Shown here in pieces: positions 48,296 through 62,401 of a stretch of 64,000 bases of DNA. Below the pieces are notes generated by a model. The model searched no databases and was not told the origin of the DNA. It saw only the letters and a list, made by a program, of their open reading frames with translations. Source of the DNA: Squalus acanthias (lineage: Eukaryota); contig CM059431.1 of assembly GCA_030390025.1 (NCBI GenBank), positions 110,548,001 through 110,612,000 on the forward strand, written 5' to 3'. The translations under genes were made by a program, and so were the position numbers. Position 1 is the first letter of the stretch, and each line of letters starts with the position of its first letter.

Positions 48296-49024
48296 AGCCA
48301 TTGGGGCCCCTGCATGGTGATGTGCTTCAATGGAATTTACATTATTGTGCTGTGCGCTTACAATTGGGAAGAAGAAGAAGAAAGGTTTGACAAAGGGTCT
48401 CAGAACGACAGTGTTCCAGATAAACTCTCTCGTTGCTCTGCTTTACCTTCCGCAGTCAGGAGACAGGATCACAGTGTTTCCATCACTGCCCTGTCACCAG
48501 TGCCCCGGTGTGTTTGACAAGAGGTCAAACGGCTAGGAGGATAAGATGGGCAAAGACAAGTACTGCAGCTCCATCGAAATGCTATTGAACTGGGATGAAG
48601 GAATGGTTGGTATTTGAAGGCCGTGCTGTTTAGCAGAGCTCGAGCAGGTTCAGGAGTGTGACCTGAACACATTATTGGTTACACAACTGACTGCTTCCTT
48701 CATTTAATTTGAAGTCAAATCATTCTCAAGTTTACAGAATAGTAGGATAATAGTAGCCTCCAACATAAGCAGATTTACATGGATAGGCGGATGACCAGTT
48801 TTCAGGTGTTCCCCAATGCTTGTCTGAAAATTTACTTCACTGTCATTGGTTGTCACATCATATAAATCTCTCAATGGGTTAATGATCTGGAACACTCTCC
48901 AGATTATCGCTACACAATTAACCAGACCTACCTATCATAGCTGCAAAATGGATTACATTTAAATCTGTGACTTCTTTCTGCACAATCTACTTGCTGTTTA
49001 GGAATTGCAATTGGTTTCAACATG

Positions 49025-49483
49025 AAAAGAAAAAAGAAAAACTTGCATTTATATCGTGCTTAAACGACCTCAGGACTTTACAGCCAAAGAATCACTTTTT
49101 GAAGTGTAGTCACTGCTGTAATGTGGGAAACGCGGCAGCCAATTTGCACACAGCAAGTTCCCACAAACAGCAATGTGATAATGACCAGATATTCTGTTTT
49201 AGTGATGTTGGTTGAGGGATAAATATTGGCCAGGACACCGGGGATAACTCCCCTACTCTCCTTGGAAATAGTGCCGTGGGATCTTTTACATCCACCTGAG
49301 AGAGCAGACAAGGCCTTGTTTTAACGTCTCATCTGAAAGACGGCACCTCCGACAGTGCAGCACTCCCTCAGCACTGCACTGGAGTGTCAGTCTAGATTTT
49401 TGTGCTCAAGTCTCTGGAGTGGGACTTGAACCCACAACCTTCTGACTCAGAGGCGAGAGTGCTACCCACTGAGCCACGGCTGA
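49025..49483 (-). mobile_element. Deu-domain SINE, full length
   Basis: Head CAGCCGTGGCTCAGTGGG...GGTTCAAGTCC on the minus strand; core and tail as in other copies. Confidence 0.9.
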
Positions 49484-50782
49484 TACTTGGGCCATGATTT
49501 CGCCTGCCGAGGTGGGTCCAGGGTCGATGGCGGGGTGCAACCTCGCTGCTGGCTCTATGCCGCTCTGTGAAAAGAATTTTACACTGATTGGGCTTGTTAA
49601 GCCCGCCCAGCGCGTTTCCCAGCCAATTGAAAAAAGCGGGTCTGATGACGTCACTTGATGATGCGTCATCAGCTGGTTTCCTTAAAGGGACGATGCCCAA
49701 ATTTAGTTTGACAGTTCTGCTGTCAGTGTTCTGCAGCACTGACAGGTCATCAGAGAGAGCCCATTGGGGCTGGACTTGAACGCAAGTCCCAAAGGTGAAA
49801 AGCCTGGACTTGCACCGTACTGGCCTTTCCTGCAAAATCGTTATCTACTGTATGATCAAATACAACAATTCTTTATCTATGCTCTAATGACCTCAGTACA
49901 ATGATGATGCCATCGGCGTCCAACAGTGACAAATGCTTCACTGCAACGTTATTTTACAGAGGACACGTAATTAGTTTTCTGCAAAAATGTAGTATAAATT
50001 CTAAAAATCCATGCACACCAGAGTTGTCTTCACAATCCCAAGTTGCATGGCATGTGAATAGAAAAAAAGAAACAGATGTTTTGAACCTAGGGCCTTGTAT
50101 CTCACCAGAGCAAAAAAGGGATACTTGTCAAGCATATACTGCAGCCAACACCCTGGCATCCACTCGCATACTTTGGGTGTGTTGCAACGATAATAACCTA
50201 ACTGCTCAGCCCCAGCATCCGTTCAGACACACCCATCTCCTTTTGCAACTCTGATTAGCAAAATGAGTCTGGATCTCGTCCATACCATACTCACGTACTG
50301 CAGCTACACAGCTGATAGAGGACCAAGTGTCTGATCCGAGTCTAATCAGTCTAATTCACCAGCTCTGAACGCTGAACTAACACAAAAAGGAATTGGGAGA
50401 ATGTCGGATAACACCAATTATCTTCACAGTTCCTCTGCTGCTGCCACAGACAGACATTGCTGGTGGGAGATAAGTCCAAATGTCTGGAGGCCTGGTTCCT
50501 TCTTTGCTTATTTTGTAACATCTTTAATTAAATCAGAAATATGTCATCCACATTTTAAAAAAATAACGTGCTCGTGCAAATAAGATGTGTGGTATAACTA
50601 CTTATGCATCCTATTTATTTATCTACTGAAGTGGAAAACATCATTTAAAATGCTTTTTTTTTAATGTATTGGTACTTATCAAAAGGCTTGGTTATTGCAA
50701 AGCTTTGCCCTTTCAGCTGACAATTAGTATAACCTATCACACACTCGCATACCTAAACAAAAAAGAAATCAAAGCTAAATTG

Positions 50783-51163
50783 GCTGAAACATATAAAATT
50801 CTTATGGGCTTGACAAGTTAGATGCTGGAAGGCTGTTTCCCCTCAGAGGGGAGTCTAGAACTAGGGGGGGTGGTCACAGTCTCAGAATAAGGGGTCGGCC
50901 ATTTAGGACTGAGCTGAGGAGAAATTTCTTCACTCAAAGGCTTGTGAATCATTGGAATTCTCTACCCCAGAGGGCTGTGGATGCTCAGTCGTTGAGTGTA
51001 TTCAAGACAGAGAGCGATAGATTTTTGGATACTAAGGGAACCAAGGGATATTGGGATAGTACGGGAAAGTGGAGCTGAGGTAGAAGATCAGCCATGATCT
51101 CACTGAATGGTGGAGCAGGCTCGAAGGGCTGAATGCACTACTCCTGCTCCTAATTCTTATGTT
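50783..51163 (+). mobile_element. CR1 3' fragment
   Basis: Highly similar to 20988-21370. Confidence 0.88.
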
Positions 51164-51372
51164 TGTTCACATCAGAAAGTGTCTGACAGTAATAACGAGC
51201 ATAAAAACTTGGAAGTGAATGGGTAAAAAGGAATATAAATGAATTTAAGAAACAGGATCATAAAATCAAGAAACAAGAATAGAAATGGAATACAAATTGT
51301 AAAGAAAGTCAATGTTAGGGAAAAGTAAATGGAATGCAAGAGAGAAAGGAGAGACATGAGTATATTGTGTAG

Positions 51373-52318
51373 TGCCAACAACACAAAATCTCTCCTAAAA
51401 TATTAAACCCTATACTAAAGCGCCAGGCTGCTGAAACCTGGAATCCACTTGAATACGCAGTAGAAATCTGTACATAGCAGGTTCAGGGTTAAGATTAATG
51501 ATCCAAATAATGTGATGCATCTGCAAAGATTGAGAATGAAAAGAAAATTGAGAATCTCCATGGATTTATGCCATTTTTCCAGGGATTCGGCGACTCTTCT
51601 GCCGAAGTTTGGGCTGACGAGCGGGAGAATCCCCGTGGAATTCATCGCCACGGTCTATGTGGAGGGTGGGCAACCTACCCAGAATGCACTGGATGAAAAG
51701 GCGCAATGGTTCCTGAAATCGCTCCTCCACTCTGTTCTAAACATTTGGGAGAGGATTGTGTTGTGAGGAAAGCATTTAGATTTTTACCATTTTTAAAATA
51801 GGGCTGACACTCCCTTTAATTTCGCACTGGATCTCAACAGACATGAGATAATGGATAATAAAGTTAAAGGCCTTTCTGACTCACAAGAACACAAGACGTA
51901 AGAGTAGGAGTAGGTCATTTGGCCCCTCGAGCCTACCCCGCCATTCAGTAAGATCTTGGCTGATCTGATCTTGGCCTCAACTCCACTTCCCTGCCCGCTC
52001 CCCGTAACCCTTGACTCCCTTACCTTTCAAAAATTCGGGCGTGACAAAAATCCTAAAATTTGAAGCACCCTCTCACACACCATAGTCTGCAAAATAAGCT
52101 CTACTTTGAACTAGATAACTGAGCATCACTGCATCGAACTCTTTACAGTCAAATGAATCCACACATTCTTGCCAACAACACAAAAATCTCCCCAAAAATA
52201 TTAAACCCTATACCAATGTGTCAGGCTGCTGAAACCTGGAATCCACTTGAATGCACAGCACAAATCTGTGTGTAGGAGGCTCAGGGTTAAGATTAATGAT
52301 CCAAATAATGTGATGCAT
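51373..52318 (+). repeat. ~148-bp direct duplication (51373-51520 and 52170-52318)
   Basis: Colinear with scattered substitutions; identical CAGGGTTAAGATTAATGATCCAAATAATGTGATGCAT end. Confidence 0.92.
51886..52030 (-). mobile_element. CR1 3' tail
   Basis: TAGGAGTAGGTCATTTGGCCCCTCGAGCC...GCTGATCTG. Confidence 0.75.
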
Positions 52319-52954
52319 ATGAATGATTTCATTGATGCTCAATTCCAGTTCTGATGTAGAGGAAAAGATGAGGAGGAAGATGGAAGAAGAGAAAGGGGAG
52401 GAGAAATGTCAGCCTCTGATATTTCCCCCTAACCCTCAGCAATTTGTGCAATTCTAAAATACCATTGCAATATTGATCCAACAGATGAATACTTCCACAT
52501 TACAGATTAGCAAAAAATAATGATTAAGAGCAGGGTAAATAAAATAAAAAAATGCCGTTGATGTTTTTGGATGAACTCTATGTTGTGTTTGCTTTCACCC
52601 ATCCTAATAAACTCACAATCAGTCGAGCGGCCGAAGAAGATTGATGGGCACTGGCAAACGAGCTGTTTGTTTGGCAGGTGTAAAAGCTGCATTTGGAAAA
52701 TTGGAAAGTATTTAGGAAGCAATCATAGATTGTAATAACAAAATATATAAAATTTAATACGGCAAAAACTATTTTAAAGCTGCAATGCCTTGTGGCCATT
52801 TAATTTTAAAAGCAGGTGATTTATTACCAGCTGCTGTACTTTGGGTAATCTGTCCACAATTACATGCCTGTGCTGCACAGGTTTTGTGTAATTTAAAAAA
52901 ACAATTTGGTTCCACTGATCATGAGGGTCTCGGTTTCGATCCTTGCTCTGTGCT

Positions 52955-53755
52955 GATCTTTAAGATTATGAAAGGGTTGATGTAGAGATTTTTCCACTTG
53001 TGTGGGGGGGGGAAAACCAAAACTAGAGGCTATAAATATAAAAGAGAGAGAGTCACTAATAAATCCAATAGGGAATTCACGAGAAACAATTTTACCCAGT
53101 GAGTGTTTAGAATGCTGAACTAGCTACCACAAGGAGTAGTTGAGGCGACTAGCATTGGTGCTTTTAATGGGAACCTAGATAAACATATGAGGGAGAAAGG
53201 AATAGAAGGTTATGCTGATAGGATGAGGTGAAGAGGGGTGGGAGGAGGCTCGTGTGGAGCATAAACACCGTCATAGACCAGTTGGGCCGAATGGCTGTTT
53301 CTGTGCTGTAAATTCTATGTGCTGAGTAGGGGCATGAAGACTAGAGAAGCTGAGGTTGTTCTCCTTAGAGCAGAGATGGTTAAGGGGAGATTTAATTGAG
53401 CCGTTCAAAATCATGAAAGATTTTGATAGAGTAAATAAGGAGAAACTATTTCCATTGGCATAAGGGTCAGTAACCAGACGACACAGATTAACGGCAATTG
53501 CCAAAAGAGCCAGAGGCGAGATGAGGATAATTGTTTTTTTTTTAAACGCAGCAGGTTATTATGGTGGAATCAGATTCAATGGTAACTTTCAAAAAAGGGA
53601 ATTGGATAAATACTTGAAGGGGAGATAATTGCAGGGCTATGGGGAAAGAGCAGGGGGGGGGGGGGGCGGTGGGACTAATTGGAGAGCTCTTTCAAAGAGT
53701 TGGCACAGCCACAATGAGCTGAATGGAATCTTTCTGTGCTGTGAGATACAATGAT
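52955..53755 (+). mobile_element. Two adjacent CR1 3' fragments (52955-53320; 53341-53755)
   Basis: Each has LIxxFKIMK...TRG-like motifs and its own tail. Confidence 0.82.
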
Positions 53756-53869
53756 TAGGAGGGTATATAGGTGAGAAAAAAACACCCCAAGTAAACATTT
53801 TCTATATTTAAAAAGAGTGTTATGAGATGATCAGTGAAGCTTCTAGAAAATAGACATGAATACAGTGCA

Positions 53870-54130
53870 CGATAGCAAAATACTACGGATGCTGGAAATC
53901 CGAAATAACAACAGAAAACGCTGGAAAAACTCAGCAGGCCAGGCAGCATCCGTGGAGAGAGAAACAGAGTTAACGTTTCAGGTCGAAGACCCTTCGTCGG
54001 AACTGGAAAAAAGCAGGAAATGAAATAGATTTAAAGCAAGGATAAAGCTGGGAAAAGGGGGAGGGAATGAAAGAACAAAAGGAGAGATTAAGAGACATTG
54101 AAAGACATTAAGAGATAATCAAGGCACGAG
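53870..54130 (-). mobile_element. Penelope pLTR (family A), monomeric, hammerhead core mutated to CCGACGA
   Basis: Reverse complement of 3890-4060; motif at 53968-54004. Confidence 0.85.
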
Positions 54131-54970
54131 GAGGTGTTGATGTAACAGCATGTTGGGTAGATGCAAGGAACAAATTCTTCTCTAAAACAACAAACTTGAG
54201 CTTGCCCAGTCGCTCAGGAAACGTATTAGTGAGAAACTCAGTGATACCGACCAAGAAATTCCCAGGCTTGACCCTCGGTTTGTGCTGAGGTAGCTAACTC
54301 AGCGACAGCGCTCATTCCTGATAGCTACTGTGACTCTTGCCGGAAGGAAGCGTGTGTGGAAGTTGTGCGAGGATTGGATGGAATCAGGATGGCTTGTGAT
54401 GTCCCCCCCCGCCAAATCAACCCTATTGTCAAATAGCTTGCAGATACTCACTGAATAATGACCATGAGAATGATTGGTGCTCATGAAACTATACCTCAGT
54501 AAGCAGTTCATTCCTTCAGGGAGAAAACTGATGAAAAATAAAGCAGGCACAAAATCCACACAGCACAAAATGTGCAGTTGGTGAGTGTAATCCTATTATC
54601 CTAAAATGTAATAGCTGTATTGTATTTCTGCTATAATTGAACGGCATAATCTGTAAAAAGGACCTATTATTTCATTAGCTTAAAGCAGCCTTTGGAACGC
54701 CAGCAGCCACTGTGATTGAGGATGGAAACAATCGACATGAAAATGGTCATCGCCATCTAGAACCACATTTCAAGGGTGAGATCATGAAGGCAAAATGTGT
54801 TGTAAGAACAGATAATTTATCTTCTGTAGAAGCAGCGCAGAGCAGTGGAGTCATTGCCAACATCTACCGTGACAATCTTTAATTTGTTATCTTGATTTAC
54901 TTTTGAAAAATACGCTCTGTACTGACTACAGTTCCGGCTCAGTATAAACCTTCTGTAGCAGAGATTCTCA

Positions 54971-55935
54971 GGGCGGATGTTTGCTGGATGATCCAAGACT
55001 GCCTTAAATCTCCTTTTTAGCCGGGGAACGTGGAGAGAGGGAGGGGAGTGGAGGTAAGGCAAGTTGAATGCTCCTTTAATACTTACTTTTACTTCCATGC
55101 CAGACCTGCTAAGACCAGCACCTAAGAAAAGCCTCCACAGAGTTCAGTGCTGCTGCTACATCAGTGCAGGATTCGCTGGAGCGGGGCATCACACAGCATG
55201 CCTCATTAGTCAGACTTGTTTCTGCACCCTTCAGCTCAAAATATTTTGCCCACAAAGTTGCTGAAGTGCGAGCTGATAACGGCGCGGCCAGGGCAACAGG
55301 GCATCTGGGACCTTGGTGAACGATGGAACAGTCTATCTCCTTAACCAATGAGAGTGAAGGATTGAGAAATAAACAGAGGAAGAACTGAGAAGGAGGGTGC
55401 ATTTGAGTGGGTGAATTCACTGTCAAAATCAGGTTCAGAAAGAGAAATAGAGAGGAAAAGAAAGATTGGATTAAGAGAAGGAAAGAAAAAAAAAGATACA
55501 TAAAGGAAAGGTAAGCGAAAATAATTACTTTTTATAATGTGACATTATTAAAATCTCCAACAACAATTCACTACCCGAAGGAATGAGACTCCACACTTTT
55601 AATTATTCACTTTCTGGGCAAGAGAGGTTGATTGACAATCATTAACAATGTTAAATGGTTACTTACGCTATTAATTACTAGACTTAACTTTCTGTGACGA
55701 GTTTAATGGGCAATAAACACGCAAATGCAGCTACTTCATGAAACTCATGGTAAGGTTAAGTGCGAGATGTCGTTTTCACGAGGCTAATGGCGGAGCGGCA
55801 CAAATCGGCCAGCAACTTGTGGCGATTCGCAATTCACGGGGTATCTCTTCCTCGCCACCAGTTGCTGGCCGATTTACACACCAATAACAGTGTGCGTCGT
55901 TCACACGCTGTTATTTTTTCAGCAAATCCTGGACC
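54971..55935. mobile_element. Non-autonomous TIR element (Harbinger-like)
   Basis: Ends GGGCGGATGTTTGCTG / CAGCAAATCCTGGACC; internally homologous to 58241-58927. Confidence 0.7.
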
Positions 55936-56364
55936 ATCGTATTTTCACATTTTAATTCTAAAGCTGGTATTACCTTCAAACAAGCAGCTGTTTAGCGGGG
56001 CGGCATGCTGAGGCGAGAAGAGCTTTTTCCGCAGCACAAGTTTTCATGCCTATTTGCTGCACTTTCAACTCCAAACTGAAGAACTATTCTCGAATGGATG
56101 ACCTCCAAAACTAACAAAACTTGGCTATCACGTGGTTCATTTCAAGTTGTAATGTACAAACTCTTTTTTTTTAATTTGTATTTATTATTTTGAATTTACA
56201 AAGTTGAAGAATGTTGATGCTTTCCCATTATTGGGATTGAATACCATAATCAAATGTTTATGCCAGCTGGATAAAGCTTCCTCTTCTCTTTCTTAATAAT
56301 GTGCCTTTACCCCACCTTCAGAAGAACACTATATCAGTGTTAAGAGTCCAGTTCCAGTACCAGC

Positions 56365-56843
56365 CATCCTCGTGTCCTAACTGGCACCAAGTCCCGTTCA
56401 CCCATCACCCCTGTGCTCGCTGACCTACATCGGCTCCCAGTCAAGCAAAGCCTCGAATTTAAAATTCTCAGCCTTGTTTTCAAATCCCTCCATGGCCTCG
56501 CCCCTCCCTATCTCTGTAACTCCTCCAGCCCTACAACCCTCCAAGATATCTGCGCTCCTCCAATTCTGGCCTGTTACGCATCCCCGATTTTAATCGCTCC
56601 ACCATTGGCAGCCAGGGCCCTAAGCTCTGGAATTCCCTCCCTAAACCTCTCCGCCTCGCTACCTCTCTTTCCTCCTTTAAGACGTTCCTTAAAAGCTACC
56701 TCTTTGACCAAGCTTTTGGCCATCTGCCCTCATTTCTGCTTACGTGGCTCGGTGTCAAATTTTGTTTGATAATCGCTCCTGTGCAGCGCCTTGAGACGCT
56801 TTACTATGTTAAAGGCGCTGCATAAATAAAAGTTGTTGTTGTT
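56365..56843 (+). mobile_element. L2 3' fragment
   Basis: LADLHRLPVKQSLEFKILSLVFKSLHGLAPPYL; (TTG)n tail. Confidence 0.9.
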
Positions 56844-58240
56844 GAGCAAGACTGCCAATCTGCCCACTTGGGCCCAGTGTGCGTCAAATCATGGGGTATT
56901 TTGCTCAGTGGATCTGTAGGTTGAGACCGGTCACCTCATTTCACATTGGAGCCTGCGACCAGCGACGGTAGGAAACTTTCAACCAAGCTGGATTGAAGCC
57001 CACATCCCAGGAATGAATCAGCTATGTTCTAAGTCACTGTGGTACAAGACCTAGACCAATGAGCAATTCTGGGGCCCAATAACGAGAGGGTAATCTGCCT
57101 GAAGTAGAACTTTCTGACATTAAAACCTGATCATCTTGGCACAAAAAGTGTGTTTGGGGAGGTGGAGGGGGGCAGGGGGGGAAGAGAGAAAAAGATGAAG
57201 CAGATACAAATGAAAAATATGGACTTCCCGCACATCAGATGTGCTGCAAGAAGGCTTAATTCAGAACATCAACTGGCTCGAGCATCACATGAAATGACAC
57301 CGTTGTTTGCATTTACAGAGCGATCTTTCTACAAGCTGTATTAACACAATTGCAGTCACCTTTGATGATTTGGAAACCTCCGAGACATTACATCACTGTA
57401 AGCTCAGTAAACTGAAAAAGGACGACCTATTCTGCTCACCATATTTATCAAATCAGTCCGGGTGAAGTGCCCAGTCTCTCCGTGTACCTCCAACGGTTGT
57501 GGTTAACACCAACTTGCAAAGTCGGTTCCACCTAATTAAACAAACCTCTGCCCCCTGTGGCTGGCATTAAAATGTTGCTTCCTCAGCACTGCCTTCTGCT
57601 TCGAGAACTCTAGGAGACTGCAGGCATTCCAGATCAAAAACAAACCGTTTAGTGGCATCTATTTTTATTTATAGAAATATATTTTATGAAATATATAAAT
57701 AAAACCTAAAAAAAAAAGGCCCTCTTCGTTTTCCCCCCCTCCCCCCCACCAAAACAAAAAGCTGGGCGGCTGGAAATCAAACACACACCCTATTGGAAAT
57801 CAGTTCCCGAACACTAATTCACTTCATAAGAGCAGAGAGTTCAAAAAGGACGTGTAATAAAAAGCAGGCCAGTGACCTGGTTCCAATTACAATTAGAGTG
57901 TTACTTATTGTGGGCCAAAATTAACCGTATTTCAAAGGCATAAAAATATATCCAATCCTTTCATAACATTCAGTGTAGTTGATTTAAAAGAAATTAAACC
58001 AAGAACGCAGCATTTTCCAGTCTCGTGCAAAATGATGTCGGTCACGCCTTACCATTTGTTTAAAATATCATTTGGGATTCTAAAGGGCTTACATTAGAAT
58101 GAATTATTACAAATGCAAAGGGTAAGGTTGGTAGAAAGACAGCTGCGTGCATGGTCATGTTTGAAGGGAACCTACGCAGGAAGTGCTCTCTTTTTAAAAT
58201 TGAGGTAATTAAAAGCAAGGATTTATTAATTTACGCAATA

Positions 58241-58927
58241 GATCTTGCTGGAGTGGGGCATCTCGCTGCGTGCCCCATTAATTAGACCTTTCCCCCCTCA
58301 CCCTTCAGCTCAAAGATTTTTTTTGCGCCGTAACTTGCTGGAATTGCGAGCTGATAATGGCGAGGGTATCTGGGACCTTAGTGAACAACGGGACCGACAG
58401 TCTATCGCCTTAACCAATGAGCTTTAAGGATTGAGAAAGAAACAGAGGATCAACTGAGAAGGAGGGTGAATTAAGAGTCAAATCAGGTACAGAAAGAGAG
58501 GGAAAGAAAGATTGGCTTAAGGGAGAGAGGAAAAAAAGAGACAGAAAGAAAAAGAAAGATTTTTTTTTTAATTTGACATTTTAAAAATCTCTAAGAACAA
58601 TTTACTACCTAAAGGAATGAGACTCCACAGTTTAACTTGTTCAATTTCTGGACCACAGGCACAGCATTAACAATTATCACGTTGTTAAAAAGGTACTCAC
58701 ACTGTTAATTACCAGACTTAACATTCTGTGGCCCCGTTAACGGGCAATTAATGTGCAAATCCAGCAAGTTCTTTGCGCGAAGCAAACGCAGAAGCGATGT
58801 GAAATACCAGCAATTTCTGGAGATTCAGAACTCACGCCGTATCTCTTAATCCCCGCAACTGGCCGCTTTGCACATTAATGAGGCATGCATCGTTAACTCG
58901 CCATTATTTATCCAGCAAGATCAGCCC
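58241..58927. mobile_element. Non-autonomous TIR element, second copy of the 54971 family
   Basis: Perfect 12-bp inverted repeat GATCTTGCTGGA at 58241-58252 and 58911-58922; shared internal CCTTAACCAATGAG...GGAATGAGACTCCACA. Confidence 0.78.
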
Positions 58928-61012
58928 AATGTTGTATTCAACAAAATCTGTAAACATCAGCAACGTAATGTGCATTTCATTTAGGTCCATTGTTCTAGAT
59001 TATTATTTCAACCACTGCAGTCTTGTATCCTCAACTGAATTTAAAGCAAGTTCTTTTTAAAATGACTTTACATAGGATTTGCAATCGTTTTAATGAATTT
59101 GACAATAGCATTTATTGCAAACTTGAAACAAATACCTTACCTCATCGTATTTTTTTAAAAAGTGCAATGCTTTTTTACTTTAACTGTTGACTTTTTTCTT
59201 TTATTATGCTCTTTTATAATCGGTTGGCTCTTACTTTCTCAGAATAGTCTCTCCATCTCTCCTAATGTCATTGACTTACGTTAAGGTATAGTTCCACCGA
59301 CGACAGCTGCCCTCTGCTACTTTGCACAAGTTATCATTCTTTATGCGCGAGTCGAGACAGTGAGTATTGGCAGCTATTTGACAATGTGCGGCATCACAGC
59401 GTCCCCAATCCTCTAAACCACACATGCACACTTTCTTATTGGGACCACTGGTTACTGATTACAGCCCTTCATAACATGAGGAAAATAATCTAAAGCAAAA
59501 GACACAGCAAAATGCCAAAGGTATGAGATGCAGCCAAATTCTGGGGATGGGGAGGGGTTCCTTTAGGTCCCCAGAAACATTGGGCTACCACAAACATTTA
59601 TTCTATTTGGCACACAATATGCTAGTAAACTAAGTATGGAGATTAGTGTGCCTCCATTAAAAATCCAGGGGCTTGTTCAAAAATGACCGTTAATTGGAAG
59701 GCCTGTGATTCAAAGTGGGAGCCCTGGCTGATTATTCCCCACACTAACTCAGCCTCTCGGGCCTTCTGTAGTGCCTGCAGCTGAAATCAGCTAACTCGGC
59801 ACAGATCAAAGATCTCGAGGGTCAGGGATTTCTTGCCTTAGTTTTGGAGATGGAACATTTCGCTGTTGATATTAACTTGTAATCTGAGAGGGCCAGGAAG
59901 GTAAACCTAATTCAGGAGCTGGGAGCTACTGCGGCAGATGTGTTTGAATTAATGCTTTCTGTTGATTTGAAGACGGAAAATTGTTAATCTGTACCATTCT
60001 CCTCTTTGCTGTGCACTTTCGATGGAATAGCAGTAGTTCCAGGTTTCTACCACTTGGGGCACTATGGGCTTCTTGAAGCAATTTGGATTCCTGTTGCCAT
60101 GGCCAGAAGCAAGACTTTGATTCTGAGTGCATCACAGCGAGTGTTACAAGGGGCAAGGTGATGAAAGCTTACGGACAAAAGCAGCTTTTCTCTTCCTGTC
60201 TGTTTTTTTTCATGCTACTTAAATCTAATCAACTCTGACTGGTCTCTATAAATACTCCACGCATCTATCGTGATCTGAGGCAAAAGCACAAAGCCCACGT
60301 CGTCCTCTGCCCTTCCACATAAATAGAAAAAAACTCAGAAATGAGATGTTTTGAAAATGTAGTTTGCAATGATATCTTTTTAAACTTTGCTGCTGTCAGA
60401 CAGCGTTCTGTATCATCCTGTATACATTAATGTTATTGCATAATTACCAAGCACAATTTTCCAATACTAGCAACAATTACTGCTAGTTTGCATTGGGCTC
60501 AATATTAAATATGACTGTTACTGTAAGGTGCTAACTAAAGCAATTATTAAGGGAAGACTATCATTTGAATAAACTGAAATAGTGATTTTCGGGGAGACGA
60601 TGACAAAGTCACATTGAAAGTAGGCCTCCCAACACAAATATATTTTCCAAAAATTTGAGTCTGGTATAAGGTCTCGATGTACTTCAATGCATGATAGAGT
60701 TTAATTATTTTGAACAATAGTTGAATTTTGAAAAATAACAATTAGGACTTCAATACATATAACACCAGATCGAAAGGGACATTAATTGTAGTAACAATTT
60801 CGCTTTCCATATTGTACTGTTTTTAAAAATTTATTGGCACCAGATAAACCTTCTTTTACAAGGTCAAAGTAAGGAAATCAGAATCTGGAGTAGATTTTCC
60901 AGTTCTCACCATGAATAGTGCACACCCAACCCTTCTGGGTCAGTCCTAATTTCATATGCATGTCGAGCTCCTGGTTTGAATTGAGATTCCTGCTGGGAAC
61001 TCTGAGAATCAC

Positions 61013-61265
61013 AGGAATGTAGAAACAGAAGCAGGCCATTCAGCCCCTCGAGCCTGTTCCGCCACTCAATTAGATCATGGCTGATCTGTATCTTAACTCC
61101 ATCTACCCGCCTTGGTCCCGTTACACTTAATACCCTTGCCCAACAAAAATCTATCAATCTCAGTTTTTAAATTTTCTATTCTCCTAGCCTCAATAGATTT
61201 TTGGGGTGGGGAGTTCCAGATTTCCACTCTCCTTTGTGTGAAGATGTGCTTCCTGACATCACCTC
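61013..61265 (-). mobile_element. CR1 3' end
   Basis: Similar to 39814-40068. Confidence 0.85.
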
Positions 61266-62401
61266 AGTTCTTTAAGGGCTGCAGGTAGCATTTAAGGGCA
61301 GAGGGTCACTTAAAGTTAAGTGGCTGCATATGGGGGCAAAATCTGTTTCCTACCATCCTAAAACTGTATTAGGCAAATAAAGTGTCTTCCAAAAACCAGT
61401 GGAAGGCAAAGATATGTGGATGTAAGAAACGGAGTCTGTGGGCAATTGATAAAGCCACACAGCACCCAAACCCCTATTTGAAGGATTGCAAAGTGGAGGT
61501 GCTGCTGCATAAGGTGGATGAGAAAGAAGGCTTAGCACAGAGGACAGCAGTGCAGGAAACGACAGTCAGGGCCAACATGGGCTACAGTACCCATTGCAAC
61601 AGGTTAGAAACAGATGCTGAAGAAAGTGGCAGACTTGCAGAAAGATTGCTAAGGTGCGACTTCCCAATAATACCATACACCAGATAGCTGGCCCAAGTAT
61701 GGAAGCTGCAAAGTGATGTCCGTCAACCTTGCTACATATTTACTGCAGCTCTTTCACTGCTTATTATGCATGGCCATACTGCACAGGGCGCATATCAAAG
61801 CTCGAACTTATAATTGAAACCCGCTGCAGATGGGCAAGCAGAGAGACCACATCGTAATTCCACGCTAAATGGACAGGAAATCACGAGGGGTGATTTTAAT
61901 TCATTAACATGTCGTAACAAAGCCATTTACGGCTAGCTGGAAGATTGCATTCAGTGTGAATTGAATCGGGGCTCCAGTGAAATAGTTCCCATCCAGTTTC
62001 TCAGATCTCACGTGCCTCTTTCATACTGGCAGTTCGCCTCCTGCTGAATAGAAAATCCATCGCTTCTCGTATAAAACATGTTCGGAAACTGAAATGTGGC
62101 GGACGTGGTTAATTTGTCTCGTGTGGCGCAATTTGCAGCATTTTGTTTTTTGATTTAAGTAGTATCTGGTTGTCTGCAGGGAGCAAGAAGGGCTTGCACA
62201 CAAACGTGATGAAATTCAACATTTTATTCAACAAAGTAAATAAAATAAAAACATAATTTTTTTTGCAGGTCAGTCGAAAAAATATGGTTGCGTTACTGGT
62301 GGTCAATGCATAAGAAGGCAGGTCTGAACAGCAAGAATTAGTGTTGGACACGGAATCTGTGAAAGGAAGCTCGATAGAGACAGCCTCAGAGGTGATTGGT
62401 A

